From the NCBI RefSeq assembly GCF_018350175.1, contig NC_058383.1, positions 21,268,001 through 21,332,000 on the forward strand: a DNA stretch of 64,000 nucleotides. Direction: 5' to 3'. Below are positions 1-12,464 of the stretch, in pieces. Each line of letters opens with the position of its first letter. The first letter of the stretch is position 1. The notes beneath the pieces are model-generated. The model was not told the origin of the DNA. It saw only the letters and a program-made list of their open reading frames with translations, and did not search any database. The DNA comes from Felis catus. Its lineage: Eukaryota. Both the position numbers and the translations under genes were made by a program.

Positions 1-299
1 GATTAAAGGACTAGTGTTTCCCGGATTCCATTTCCATAGCTGACCCTTGCTTCTGCGACCCTGGTGTTAGAAAAGTCCAGATGTCCACATGACGCTGCCA
101 GTCCCAGAGAGGTCAGGCCTGGCCAGCTTCCACCAGCCTAATTAAATGCTCCAGGAAAGAGGGTCATGTCGTCCTCATATGGCAGTCCCTACAATAACCA
201 TGTGACCTGAGTGTGGTGGCTGAAGAGGGAGTGTGATTAACAGTGTGTGCATCCGATTGCCTTAGATGAGCATGAATGTGATTAGAATCTCACTGCAAA

Positions 300-1300
300 G
301 AAAAATGAAAGACATACCCCTCACAATATATGGTGCCCAGGCAAACTTTTCATCACCAATGTGAAAGCACTATATAATGAAAACACCAAAAGACAAAAAG
401 AAAACCTAAGTAAATTGAAATACGTGCCGTTCTCCTGATTAGGAAAAGTCACTATTTTAAAGAGATGCCATCCATCCCTGCTATGGAGTGAATATTTATT
501 TGTGCCTCCCAAAGTTATATACTGAAGCCCTAATCTCCAGTGTGATGGGATTTGGCGTGGGGTCTTTAGGTGATGTCACAAGGATGAGGCCCTCATGGTG
601 GAATTAATGCTCTTATGAAGAGTGGAAGAGACAGAGCGCTCTCTCTATCTCTCCGCCACATGAGGATTCAGCAAGAAAGTAGACAATTGCAAGCTGGAAA
701 GAGAGTCCTCACCAGGACCCGACCTTGTTGGACCTCCAGCCTCCAGAACTATAAAAAATAGGTTCCCATTGTTTAAGCCACCCAATCCAAGGTATTTTGT
801 TATAGCAGCTCCAGGTGACTAAGACATTCCCCGAATCCCTATGAATTTGTACCCACTTAGAATTGAGTTCCAATATGTTTTGGAACTTAGTAACTTGAAA
901 AGAACTTTCTTCTGGGGGGAAAAAAACACATGCCTAAGAACAGCTAAGAAAATCTTGCAATAGAAGAATAATGATAAGGGACCACATATCACAACATATT
1001 GTGAAGCTACAATAATAAAACAGTGTGATATTCATCCAGAAATAGGCCAGTGGATTAACAGAACACAATTTGAGTGTTTAGAAATAAACAGATCAGAATT
1101 CGGTGTATGATAAAGATGGAATTTCACACTGATGAGAGCAAGAGGGGGTTATTCAATAAATGGTGCTGTGGTACGATTGTCTATTCATTCAGGGAAAAAA
1201 TAAGTTAAATTCCAACCTTACACCAGACACAAAAATCAATGGAAACGGAATTAAAATCTAAATGGAAAAAATAAACACTAAAGGTAGCATAACACACTTA
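300..1300 (+). mobile_element. Ancient L1M ORF2 fragment, interrupted by an MLT1 LTR
   Basis: Degenerate L1 ORF2 motifs (gaaaacctaagtaaattgaaa, gaagctacaataataaaacagtgtg, ttattcaataaatggtgctg); no intact frame. Confidence 0.7.
479..826 (+). mobile_element. MaLR solo LTR (MLT1A/B-like)
   Basis: TG...CA termini (tgctatggagtgaat...gactaagaca), typical gtttaagccaccc...tattttgttatagcagc 3' end, 5-bp TSD atccc/ttccc. Confidence 0.8.
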
Positions 1301-1758
1301 TTACAACAGCCCTAAAAGATAGCTATTTGATCCCCATTTTGAAGGTGTCAAAACTCAGGCTCAGAGACATAAAGTGGCTTACCTGAGGTCACACGAGGTC
1401 ACACACCAGCCACTCATAGAGGATCACAGACACTTTGTTCTCCAGATGCCCCCATTAGGTGAATTTACCTTATGGTTTTCTTTCAACCCAGCTCATAACT
1501 CTTAGCAAATGATCTCCACCTCCAGCCCAGGATGGTCAAAAGACCTCCAGTCTTACAACCTGGGTCCTCTCCATGGGAGCCACACATTCTCTGAACAGAG
1601 GCCATGGGAGAGACCATTGAGAGAAATTCCAATCAGAATCAGTAGTCTTTTTGGTGCTTCAACAGCATGGTTTAGTGATGTGGTGGAGACTGTCCTGGAG
1701 AAAGATAAGTAGGTGCCTCCTGAAGAGACTGGAGAGGCCCTGCTTATCGGTTCACTCT

Positions 1759-1985
1759 TTTTTTTTATTTTTTTTTTTAATGTTTATTTATTTTCGACAG
1801 AGAGAGAGAGAGACAGAGCATGAGTGGGGGAGGGGCAGAGAGAGAGGGAGACACAGAATCCGAAGCAGGCTCCAGGCTCTGAGCTGTCAGCACAGAGCCG
1901 GACACAGGGCTCGAACTCACGGACTGCGAGATTATGACCTGAGCTGAAGTCGGACGCTCAACCGACTGAGCCACCCAGGCGCCCC
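1759..1985 (-). mobile_element. Can-SINE (SINEC_Fc)
   Basis: Reverse-strand tRNA-derived head (gagccacccaggcgcccc), (AG)n linker, T tail; degenerate TSD. Confidence 0.95.
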
Positions 1986-2874
1986 TCATCAGCTCACTCT
2001 CTCATGAAGAGTTTCGCCCAAGGGAGTGGAGACTCAGTCCCCACTCAGTCCCCCAGGACTGAGAGAAAAGCTCACAGACGGGAGGGGGCAAGAGACACAG
2101 CATTCAGCACCGGATGTATCCAGTGCTATACTGGGGTCTTCATGGGGTGCTGTAGAGAGCAAAGGGGCACACAAATGACTTTCCCCAACCCTGACCTCTA
2201 CCGCCTTCCACTTACTTTTAATCATATCCAATTCCCCACATGGTCTATAGCTTCTCTGAGTCTGAGCCCACACCTCCCCTGGTCCTTCCAGACCTTTCTG
2301 TTTCCCCAGTCCCTCCCAATTGCCTGCCTCTCTTAGACCCTCTCAGTCCCTGATTACCTCTGTCTGCCCCATACACACAGTTTGCCCCAGTCACTCCCAT
2401 GTGCTCCGCATCCAAAACAGCCCCCCCCCATGTCTCTTCCTTCTTTCCAATTCAAGAAAGGAGGGCCCTTTTGGGAAGGGCTTAGAAGGCTATGTAGGAG
2501 TCTCCCAGGGAGAAGGGCAGGAAATAGAAGGGCAGTCAAAAGAAAACTTTCAGAGTGACCGGAGTGACGTGTGCATTGGCATGGAGGCTTGAGGGTGGGC
2601 ACCAACCAAATCGGAAGGATCCGATATTTATGCTTTAAAAAAGCTGGCCATAATAAGAAATGGGTGGTCATTGAAAAGAAGGTTCTGGAAGGCACAAGCC
2701 CTCTTTTCTACCAGAGTCAGAGGATACAATGGAAATCCATACCAATGGCCTCTTGTCTTGAAAATCCTGATGATGTCAAGAGTCTAAGACCCTCAACTGC
2801 AGGTTACTTCAAGTGATATTAATTATGTGAACAGAAATGCATAAGGCGAGTGCTATTTAGTAGTCTCTATTTTT

Positions 2875-3099
2875 TTTATTAAAAAAAATTTTTTTTAACG
2901 TTTATTTATTTTTGAGATAGAGAGAGACAGAGCATGAACAGGGGAGGGGCAGAGAGAGAGGGAGACACAGAATCGGAAACAGGCTCCAGGCTCTGAGCCG
3001 TCAGCACAGAGCCCGACGCGGGGCTCGAACTCACGGACCGTGAGATCATGACCTGAGCCGAAGTCAGACGCTTAACTGACCGAGCCACCCAGGCGCCCC
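2875..3099 (-). mobile_element. Can-SINE (SINEC_Fc)
   Basis: Full length; TSD tagtagtctctattttt at 2858-2874 and 3100-3116. Confidence 0.95.
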
Positions 3100-3988
3100 T
3101 AGTAGTCTCTATTTTTGTGGTACATCTGGAGAGCCATAACTGTCGATCGGTACCTTGCGTGATGCTTTCTTGATACTCTTGTTGGCTTCAGACCCCTCCT
3201 CCAGGCTACTCCCTAAAGCCAATGAGGGACTCAGATCCTGCCTCTGCCCAGGACGACAAACACTGATCAACGACAGACATTGCTGTTATATCCTGACATT
3301 CTGACCCTGTGGGCACTTAAAACTCTGACATACATTTGAGAGCTTTGCAAACAATATTCTTCTCTCTCAGTCTCTCTCCCTCTCTCTTTTACCTTTCTTT
3401 CTTCACACACACGCATGCTTACAAAAATGTTCACAATTTCCCATGAATGAGAAATAAATACAAAGCATTACTATTGTAATTCAATTTGTGATGGGTTGAT
3501 AACTTATTGGTATAAATAATCAATCCTAAATAAAACCAATAACAGCTAAAATTACACAGAACAAACCTTGTTACTGACTACAAATTGACAGGAGAATCAA
3601 ACTTTATTTTCAAAAACATTTAGATCTGCAAATTTTGACCCAGAAAAAAAAACGGTCTTGATAAAATTTGATACAGACAATACCTAATCAATACATCAAA
3701 TGTTTTCGAATTTTAAATGGAAAAGTGTTGAAAATGAAGATGAAAATATTTCAGTAGAAGTAACATTTTTAGAGATGATCTAACTGTTCTATGGAAAAAA
3801 CTGATAAGGGATTAAATTGACATTAATGGAATTCATTCCAGAAAACACTTTCTGGATAGAAAGTCCATCAAGTTGGTATAATTCCAAATAAAAATCTTGG
3901 ATTCAAAACAGTTTCAGGGTCAAAAGAGCAGGAGCAAGCATCCTAAAGTCAAAACCTAGGGGTCAACATGGTGAGGTCACAACATCCA

Positions 3989-4215
3989 GGGGTGCCTGGG
4001 TGGCTCAGTCGGTTGAGCATCCGACTTTGGCTGGTCATGATCTCGTGGTTGGTGGGTTCGAGCCCCACGTCAGGCTCTGTGCTGACAGCTCAGAGCCTGG
4101 AGCCTGCTTCAGATTCTGTGTCTCCAACTCTCTCTCTGCCCTTCCCCAGCTTGTGCTCTGTTTCTCTCTCTCTCTCTCTCTCTCTCTCAAAAATAAACAT
4201 TAAAAAAAAAAAACA
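3989..4215 (+). mobile_element. Can-SINE
   Basis: ggggtgcctgggtggctcagtcggtt head, B-box gttcgagccc, (CT)n, A tail. Confidence 0.95.
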
Positions 4216-4347
4216 AACCACCCAGTAGTATGGCCACAGATTTAAGAGGACATCGTGCCAGATGACTTCAGTTGGCCTCAAAACAGAGCCTGTGACCATC
4301 TTTAAAAAAGTCTTTTTAAACTATATGCCTCTGAAGAAATAAGTCAG

Positions 4348-4612
4348 GAAAAAAAAAAGTTAGAGAGGGAGAGAGCCAAACCATAAGAGACTCTTAAAAA
4401 CTGAGAATAAACTGAGGGTTGATGGGGGGTGGGAGGAAGAGGGGTGGGTGATGGGTATTGAGGAGGGCACCTGTCGGGATGAGCGCTGGGTGTTGTATGG
4501 AAACCAATCTGACAATAAATTTCATGTTAAAAAAAATAAAAATAAAACTCCCAACCAAAAGAAAAAAAAAAAAAAAGAAAAAGAAAATGCAAAAAAGAAA
4601 AAAAAAAAAAAG
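4348..4612 (+). mobile_element. 5'-truncated carnivore L1 (3' UTR plus poly-A)
   Basis: aaaccataagagactcttaaaaactgagaataaactgagggtt...aataaatttcat, A-rich tail; TSD gaagaaa(t/g)aagtcag at 4333-4347 and 4613-4627. Confidence 0.9.
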
Positions 4613-4988
4613 GAAGAAAGAAGTCAGTTACACAGAAACATGTGAGTCTCTCAGGTGCCCGGAACATTTGGAAGAACACGGAGTAAGATGTGAGAAAAAT
4701 GGAGAGCATTTGTAAATGAGGATAATAGGAGAATCTACTCATAGAGACAAGAGGATGAGACAATCCCCAAAATACATCCCGGCCTAGGAAGAGTGCAACA
4801 AATGTTATCTCTGTGGTGGTAGAAAACCAGCAATACTAATAGTATTTAAGAAGCTATGCAAGAGATTTACATGTCAGTCATAAAACTAAGTTAGATTTAA
4901 AGGAACTTCTTATATTTCCTGCTCTCCTCCTCAAACTCAACTCCAACCAGCTCCTACCCCGTTTCCTATACATGCATTGCGCACGCGT

Positions 4989-4992
<4 letters not shown>

Positions 4993-5030
<38 letters not shown>
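4993..5030. repeat. (CA)n microsatellite
   Basis: Direct reading. Confidence 0.98.
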
Positions 5031-5032
<2 letters not shown>

Positions 5033-7149
5033 CGTGGGAGCATGCAAAGTTCTGCCCTTGTCCCTTTGCCCCTGCCGTTCCTCTTCTGGAATGCCCTCTC
5101 TCTCCTCCCCACCTGAAAAATATTCATGTGTCCTTCACAACCCAGATCAAATGTCATTTCTTCTATGAATTTTCTATTGGCTTTTCCGCTATGCTTTTAG
5201 AGCCTTTTATTCATATTTTATCACCTCATATTATAAAAGTTTGTTGCTATTTCCCTGAGTTCCTTGAGGATCTTTCTCTCCGGGAGTCCTCAGCACCTGG
5301 CACCCAGTAGAAGCTCAGTCAATGTTTATTCAGGCCAGGTTTACTAATGGCATTGAAATTAGGATAAATCTTCCCTCTAAAGAGATTCATTAGTGTAATC
5401 TGGCCTGTTTTGCAGAGAGAATTAGATTGTGTTGCCTTTGAATAGGAACAATTCTGGTTAGTAAGAGATGTTCTAATGAAATGCCAATTTAATGCTAAGA
5501 GAAAGGTTCTGGAACATTCCACAGAGCTGTGCAAACATTCACTCGTCAAGGTTTGCGACTGCTGTGTTTGCAAGTTTTCTTAATCAGCAGAGATCTCCTT
5601 ACTGACACAGGCAAGGAGATTCGTGGACTAGCTCCCCTGTAGCCACAGAAGCCCCAGAAAGCCACTGACACCCATAATGGACTGATGCTGCCAGATACAT
5701 CCTATTCCGACTTACCACTGTGGCAGGGTCATTTGTTGAAATATCAACGAGTGTAAGAATTACAAAAGCAAAAGTGCGTTCTGTGCTTTGCAATCTGAAC
5801 ATCCCCCTGTCTGGGAAGGTAGCCAGGCCTTTGTTTTCTCTGTCTTCAAAGTGTTTTCAGAGCAGACAGCCAAAGTTCCTGAAAGGCAGCCTCCTTCCCT
5901 GACATTTGTGAAATCCTAAGACCACCACGAAGATGATGCTAAGCATTGTGGAGGAGGAGTTTAGTGAGTGCCGGAAGGAGGGGAGTAGAAGGAGGAAACC
6001 AGAGAGGAGACAGACTGCATCACAAAAAGAAAGGGATGGGATCCTCAGTAGTAGGATTATTAACCACGCCCCAACAGAGCCCGGAAGACTTGGCAGGACT
6101 TTCAGGGAAAGGACTGCGTGGTGCAGCCAGGAAGGCTGGGCCTTGGTCGCACCCAGATTTCCGGCCCCAGTGGAAATATTCAGGCCCAGGCACGGGATGG
6201 AAGTTAAGCTTCCCAATTTCAAGGCACCCTATGGGCTTTTTGACAGGCGAAGAGGAGAAACTAAAACTAAAAGGGACTTCCCCAAATATTTAACTCCACC
6301 TAAAACCCCACCCAAAGCTCCAGGAGGGCGAGTCAGAAGAGTAGAGTGACTTCCAGTAAAGCCAGTAGAGTTTCCCATTGGCTGGGAAGGTTGGTGGTTC
6401 ACAGTAGAATTTAAGAAGACAAAGAGAAGTGACACTTCCTGCATAACCCGATTGTGGCTGTGAAGTCACTGGCTGCGTCATCAGAACGCCTTGACAGAGA
6501 ACATAGGACCATGTGAAACCTGACTGCTTACGTTGGAGTCAGGACAAGGCTGCCCTCAACTCCTCAAGGGCGGTGTAAGCACGTCTTTGCCTCCCCATGG
6601 CCTGGAAGCAGTTGGGTCAATGTTGAGTTTACCGCAATATGTTGCCACTAGACCCGTATCAAAATCCTCATGCTTCATAACCAGCACGGAGATCTACTGA
6701 ACTCCTTGGATACTACTACCATTGAAAGCTCCAAAGCTTCTGAGCGTTATTCCCATTTTTCATAAATTCCTCATGGTCGTAAAGTCGTAGTTCATTGAGT
6801 CAATAAACGGGCATTTAATGTTTTTTATGTGTCAGGCACTGTGCTAGGCACTGAGGATACAACAGGGCACAGATATTCCTAAATAATGACACTTTCTATT
6901 GTATCCTTTCGGGGACTGAACTGACAGCTAGTTTTCTGGAAACCGTACATTATTATGACTTTATTGCAAGAAAGGAAAAGGAGAGAGCTTCCTGTTAGAC
7001 CTGATGGTTTAAGAGCCTCACATGCCCAGGGCAATGACAGCAAGGACCTCTGAGGTGGGGTGACCTCTGAAACCATGGTAGAGAGTGAGAGAGAACACCT
7101 GTACAGATCTCAGCACATGACATCACCATCCACCTAGCTCTGTGACACT

Positions 7150-7456
7150 CAAGGGTGGTGACGAGTGATCAGAAGAATCCCCTGGGAAGCTTTGAAAATA
7201 TATCCGTGTTCAAGCCCTACCCCAGAATAGGAATTCCAAGTGATTCCAAAGACTGACAGCTGGGGACTCTGCTCCCAGGGATTCTCATTTAATTCACTGG
7301 CTTTCGGCCTGATGAGGAGTTTTAAAAGCTCTCCTGTTAGACTGGAATGTGGTCCCTGGATCAACAGTATCCCCTGGGAACCTATTGAAAATGCAAATTC
7401 TCAAGCCCCACATGCAAACATACTGAATCAGAAACTCTGGCGGTGGGGTCTGGCGA

Positions 7457-7504
<48 letters not shown>

Positions 7505-7556
7505 AAGTTTATTTATTTTGAGAGAGGGAGAGACAGAGAAACCAGCAGAGCGGAGG

Positions 7557-7592
<36 letters not shown>

Positions 7593-7770
7593 CCTAAGCG
7601 GGCTCTGTGCCATCAGAGCACAGCCTGATGCGGGGCTTGGACCCACATCACGTGAGATCATGACCTGACTGAGCTGGACGCTTAACCCACTGAGTCACCC
7701 AGGCGCCCCTGGAAATCTGTGTTCTAATAAGCCTTCCAGGTGCTTCTGGAGTGTGATGGAGTTTTAGAAC
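7150..7770. mobile_element. MER5-type hAT MITE fragments hosting a (TG)n-tailed SINE
   Basis: gaaaatgcaaattctc...ctgaatcagaaactctgg...ctgtgttctaataagccttccaggtg MER5A hallmarks. Confidence 0.65.
7459..7709 (-). mobile_element. Can-SINE with adjoining (TG)n microsatellite (7459-7500)
   Basis: Head ending acccaggcgcccc at 7709; flanks atctgtgt on both sides. Confidence 0.9.
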
Positions 7771-8121
7771 CATCGCTAATAGTTGTCCAAGCCAGAAACC
7801 TGGGAGTAATCCTTGATTCTTCCCATTCATTCCCTCCCCACATTCAGCCACACCTGTCTATTTTAACAGATCTCAAATTCCTCTCCATTGCCACGGTCTT
7901 CATTTAGATGGTTGTCATCTCTTGCCTGGGCTTCTGGGACCACCTCCCAAAGCAGTGATTCTCAACACTGGCTGCACACTGATGCCTGGATCCCTCTTTT
8001 TAAAAAATACAAAATTAAAAAAATAAAAATAAAATAAAATAAAATAAATATTAAAAATACAAAATTATAAATATAAAATTAGATACAAAAGTAGATAAAA
8101 TTAGATACTAAAGTAAATACA

Positions 8122-8351
8122 GGGGCGCCTGGGTGGCTCAGTCTGTTAAACATCCAACTTCGGCTCAGGTCATGATCTCACAATTTGTGGGTTTGAGCCC
8201 CGCGCAGGGCTCTGTGCTGACAGCTCAGAGTCTGGAGCCTGCTTTGGATTCTCTGTCTCCCTCTCATTCTGCCCCTCCACTTGCACTCTCTCTCGCTCTG
8301 TCTCTCAAAAATGAATAAACGTTAAAAAACTTTTTTTCATAAAAAAAAACA
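8122..8351 (+). mobile_element. Can-SINE
   Basis: Full length; TSD aaagtaaataca. Confidence 0.95.
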
Positions 8352-8549
8352 AAAGTAAATACAAAATTAGATACAAAAGCACTTGCCAGACCCACAGAAT
8401 AGTACACCCCAAAATAGATAAATTATAAAATAAATTCTAAAAGAAAGCAAAAATAAGCGCCTGGCACAGGAGTAAGTACTCATTAAATGTGATATTGCCT
8501 TACTTCCTCCAAAGCAAAAAATAAATATGTATTAAGAATGAGTAAAAAA

Positions 8550-8745
8550 GCAGCACCTGGGAGAGTCAGTTGGTTGAACGTCTGACTCTTGATTTCTGCT
8601 CAGGTTATGATCTCATGGTTTGTGGGATCAAGCACCTCGTCAGGCTTCGTGATGAGTGTGGAGCTCACTTGGGATTCTCTCTCTCTCCCTCTCTCTCAGC
8701 TGCTCCCCTGCTCTCTCTGTCTCTGTCTCAATATATATTTTTTTT
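8550..8745 (+). mobile_element. Older diverged Can-SINE
   Basis: gcacctgggagagtcagttggtt head, CT tract; TSD aatgagtaaaaaa. Confidence 0.85.
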
Positions 8746-8769
8746 AAAAATGAGTAAAAAAACCCACAA

Positions 8770-9727
8770 TAAATTATAAGTTTTTTTAATCCAGAAAAAA
8801 ATGTTATAATATTTCTATTTCTTTCCCCATGTATTTTGGTGTATACTCTGATTTCTTCTTCAATATGATGACACTTTTATAACATGGTTTCCTATGGAAA
8901 GAATTAGATAATTCCATTTTCCTCATATGGTTAATTAAAAATTTTTAATTGTTCCTTTAAGCTACATAATTTATTCTCGGTATGTTGAGAAAATTGTTTA
9001 AATTTTTTGTCCCAGGGGCGCCTGGGTGGCTCAGTCGGTTAGGGGTCCAATTTCGACTCAGGTCATGATCTCATGGCTTGTGAGTTTCAGCCCCAAGTTG
9101 GGCTCGATGCTGTCAGTGCAGAGCCTGCTTTGGATCTTCTGCTCCCCCCCTTCTCTCTGCCCCTTCCCTGCTTACACTCTGTCTCTCAAAAATAAATAAA
9201 TCTTAAGAAAAAAAAATAAAAGATTTGGAAGACTCTTCTGTAGAAGAGTTTTTAGCTGTGCACATTGTAAACTTTCCTTCTCAATCCCTGCCCATGTAAT
9301 TCTGGTGCTGGGTGCTGAATGGCCCATTCCAAATATTGATTCAGTCCTGGCCCTCCACTGCCATATCCTATCACCCCATCAGCTTTCACAGTAGACAGCA
9401 GAGGTATACCTAAAAGCCATTTCTATCACGGGATTGCAAGCAATAATGTAGCCATATGTGTAGGTGACTGCAAACTACATAAATTTATTTCATTAACCTC
9501 AAACTAAAATGCATCCCCATCTTAGTTATAGAAAATTGCCTGCAATCCGTCCAAAACTACTCAACATAAAGGAAATGCAGTGTGGGGAGGGGGAGGGAAA
9601 GTCGGAGTGAGTAGGCATCAGTCTTAATGGATTGCACTTAGAATATTTTACTTATAAATTTTATGGGGGAGGGGGTGCATGCAAGGACAGGACCTTAAAG
9701 CTTTAAGCTTCATTGGCTTCATGGTAT
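8770..9727. mobile_element. Zaphod-like hAT (Tip100) DNA transposon fossil
   Basis: Recalled Zaphod terminal motifs (gggaaagtcggagtg, cttaagcttcattggcttcatggta, gactgcaaactacataaat); interrupted by a SINE. Confidence 0.55.
9015..9216 (+). mobile_element. Can-SINE (no recognisable TSD)
   Basis: ggggcgcctgggtggctcagtcggtt head, A tail. Confidence 0.92.
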
Positions 9728-11332
9728 GGAAATAAAATAGTAATCTCACGGTCTGATGGAAATGGATACTGTTATTTTGGATGTCCAGCATCTTTCCCCC
9801 CTTCTTTGCACAACAGAACCCCTCTTGCCAGACAACAAAATATTCTTCCCTGTGATCTGGAGGGAACATGTGTAGTAGACATGGTCAGTTCTAGTATACT
9901 CCATCCCCTTGATGGTTCAGGGGTGGTCACTTAATATGAAAAAGGCCAATGAGCGTCTTCCCTGCAGTTTGACACATGAATCCTGGAGAATGACGTACTT
10001 GCTGCCTCTATGGTCGTGGGTTACAAGGTTAATGTGAACGAGAACTAGAACTTCAATGGTATACAATGCTAAAACAAAACAAAAAACAAACAAACAAAAA
10101 ACAACCTTTTTTTTAAGAAAGAAAGGAAAGGAGGGAAGAGGGAGAAAGGAAGGAAAGAAGGAAGAGAAAGACACAAAAGAGGAGGAAGAAGAAGAGAGAG
10201 GAGAAGCGGGGGAGGAGGAGAGGCAGCAGAGAAGGAAAGGTAAGACGAGATGACAGGCAGACAAACTTCATGACATAAACTCAGCTTCTAGCTCCACCGT
10301 AGTTCTATCCACAAATGCTAAAATAAAATAAAAAAAAAATAAAAGATTTGGAAGACTCTTCTGTAGAAGAGTTTTTAGCTGTGCTACAGGGTCTCCTCAG
10401 CTACGTGATTCAGGGGATTGCGTTTCTGCTTAAACAAGCTTGACTTGAATATCTGCCCCTTCTTTGCAGGAGAAAGGGTCCCGACCAACTCAGAGAGTGT
10501 GTAGCAAGAGGATTTGACCTCATCTCTGGACGAGGAGGGAGCGCCCTAAGAAAGTGACCCTTTACACTGAGACTGGAAGGGGTAGGGCTAGGGGGCAGTA
10601 AACCTCCAAGACTTTTTAATTTCTGAGTAACCCAAAACTGCCTGGGCAGCTTCAGAGTATGATTTAATGAGATTTTTTTTGCTCCTTTTCAGATGAAGAA
10701 AGCCTGGGACAGTCAGGAAGTTTCTCTTCTCCACTTGGAAAACCCCAATGAGGTCTTTTCACCATACTAAGAAGTAGGAGAGAGAATTTGCACCTTCCAA
10801 AGGTCAGGTGTATGGTTTCACATGACATCTAAGCCTACTGAGGCTCCAGCCTCCACCCTCAGGAACTGAGAAGGCTTGATCCTAAAGCTGATATCCTGTG
10901 CTCCAGGCCAAGGACAGAGGATCATGAATTAATAGCTCCTACCACAGAAATAAAAATGACATGTACTTTACAATATCCCTGTACTTTTCAGACAGAGAGC
11001 TTTCCTACACGATCTATATTCTCTTACAAACCTAATAACCTTATATATAGCTCATGTATTTAATTTGCATATATATAGCTGTTGTATATAGATTTTTTTC
11101 CCCCAAGAATTGAATGGCCAAGAATTATACTTCCTCGTCATTTTTCCTGGGACATAGTTTGAATTTCTTATCCCCATTTTGATGATAAGTAATTGAAGGG
11201 ACCAAGAATAACAAAACTGAAACTATGAGTAAGTCCAACATGAGACAGAGAAGTTATCTGGCCCAGCATGAAAATGAAAATTGTTCAGAACCTGGTATAA
11301 TTATTCCTGGTCATAATCACACTTAAAAGAAT

Positions 11333-11343
11333 TATATATATAT

Positions 11344-11414
<71 letters not shown>
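11333..11414. repeat. Interrupted (TA)n followed by a poly-T run
   Basis: Direct reading. Confidence 0.97.
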
Positions 11415-12082
11415 AATTTCAAACATGGAAAAGAACCTGTGGTTCAGCATGGCAGCCTTAGGCTCCCCAACCCTCCCCCATCCCATTCCTTCCAAGAGGT
11501 CTCAGTAATGATTTAGTTGAGAGGGTAGGAAGGTTGAAAATACAATACAGGAACATTATTTTTTTGGCAACAAGGAGACAATCAGAAACTCCAGGCTTAA
11601 AAAAAATTATAAGGAAGCCATGGTCTAAACATGAAAGTAAATAAATGGGTCGTGATTTTAAGCAACTGATGTAAGAATATAAAAATCTTTTAACCTTGAT
11701 GCTTTGACATTCTTATTTGAATGAGCCAAGGGTTGTGACTTTATACCCATAGAAAAGAAAATGTAATCCTGGCTCAATCCTTGGTCCAGGCGTAAAGGAT
11801 AATTACATCATTGTGATAATGAGGGCATTGGTTTGTATTCAACTTTGTTGTCAACCTAATGTCAAAGAACAACTTGACTGTGTTTGAAGAAAGAATGTAG
11901 CTGTTAACTGTCTTGGCAACTAAAATAAAAAGGTAGTCCTCAGATAAGGGGAGGTAGAAGGGTAAGCTGAGATAAAAGGAAAAAGGTAGCACTAAGGTCC
12001 TCATCTTACAGAGAATGTAGAAAATAGCATGTAAACTATATTATACAAAGGTATACATGCAATTTTTAAAGAACTAAAAACA

Positions 12083-12292
12083 GGGGCACCTGGGTGGCTC
12101 GGTTGCTTAAGTATCTGACTTCAGCTCAGGACATGATCTTACGGTTCAAGAGTTCAAGCCTGAGTAGGGCTCTGCACTGACAGCTCAGAGCCAGGAGCCT
12201 GCTTCGGATTCTGTGTCTCCCTCTCTCTCTCTGCCCTTCTCCTGCTTGTGCTCTGTTTCTCTCTGTCTCAAAAATAAGTCTTTTTAAAAAAA
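12083..12292 (+). mobile_element. Can-SINE
   Basis: Full length; TSD tttaaagaa(c/t)taaaaaca. Confidence 0.93.
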
Positions 12293-12464
12293 TTTAAAGA
12301 ATTAAAAACAAATATACCAACTATTGGGAAAAGAAGACAGAAGGAAAAGTGTTCATGTACCCAAACTAAATCTTCATTTTTTATAGAAAAAAAAAAAAAA
12401 GGAAATAAAAATTGCTTGCAGTAAACAAGAGATGTGGATGTGTTTCGACAAATACAGAATGGTA

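Noticed and set aside
2553..2810. Long-range stems or pseudoknot (cattggcatgga/tccataccaatg; ttgagggt/accctcaa)
   Set aside because: The paired halves lie in what appear to be two different old repeats (L2-like and MLT-like), so the pairing is probably coincidental
5933..6349. 138-aa ORF in unique sequence
   Set aside because: No recognisable domain, no clear exon boundaries, and overlapping ORFs of similar length in other frames as expected by chance
9208..10384. Palindromic direct repeats as a CRISPR-like or att-flanked element
   Set aside because: Only two copies, a 1.07-kb spacer of ordinary mammalian repeats, and no associated genes
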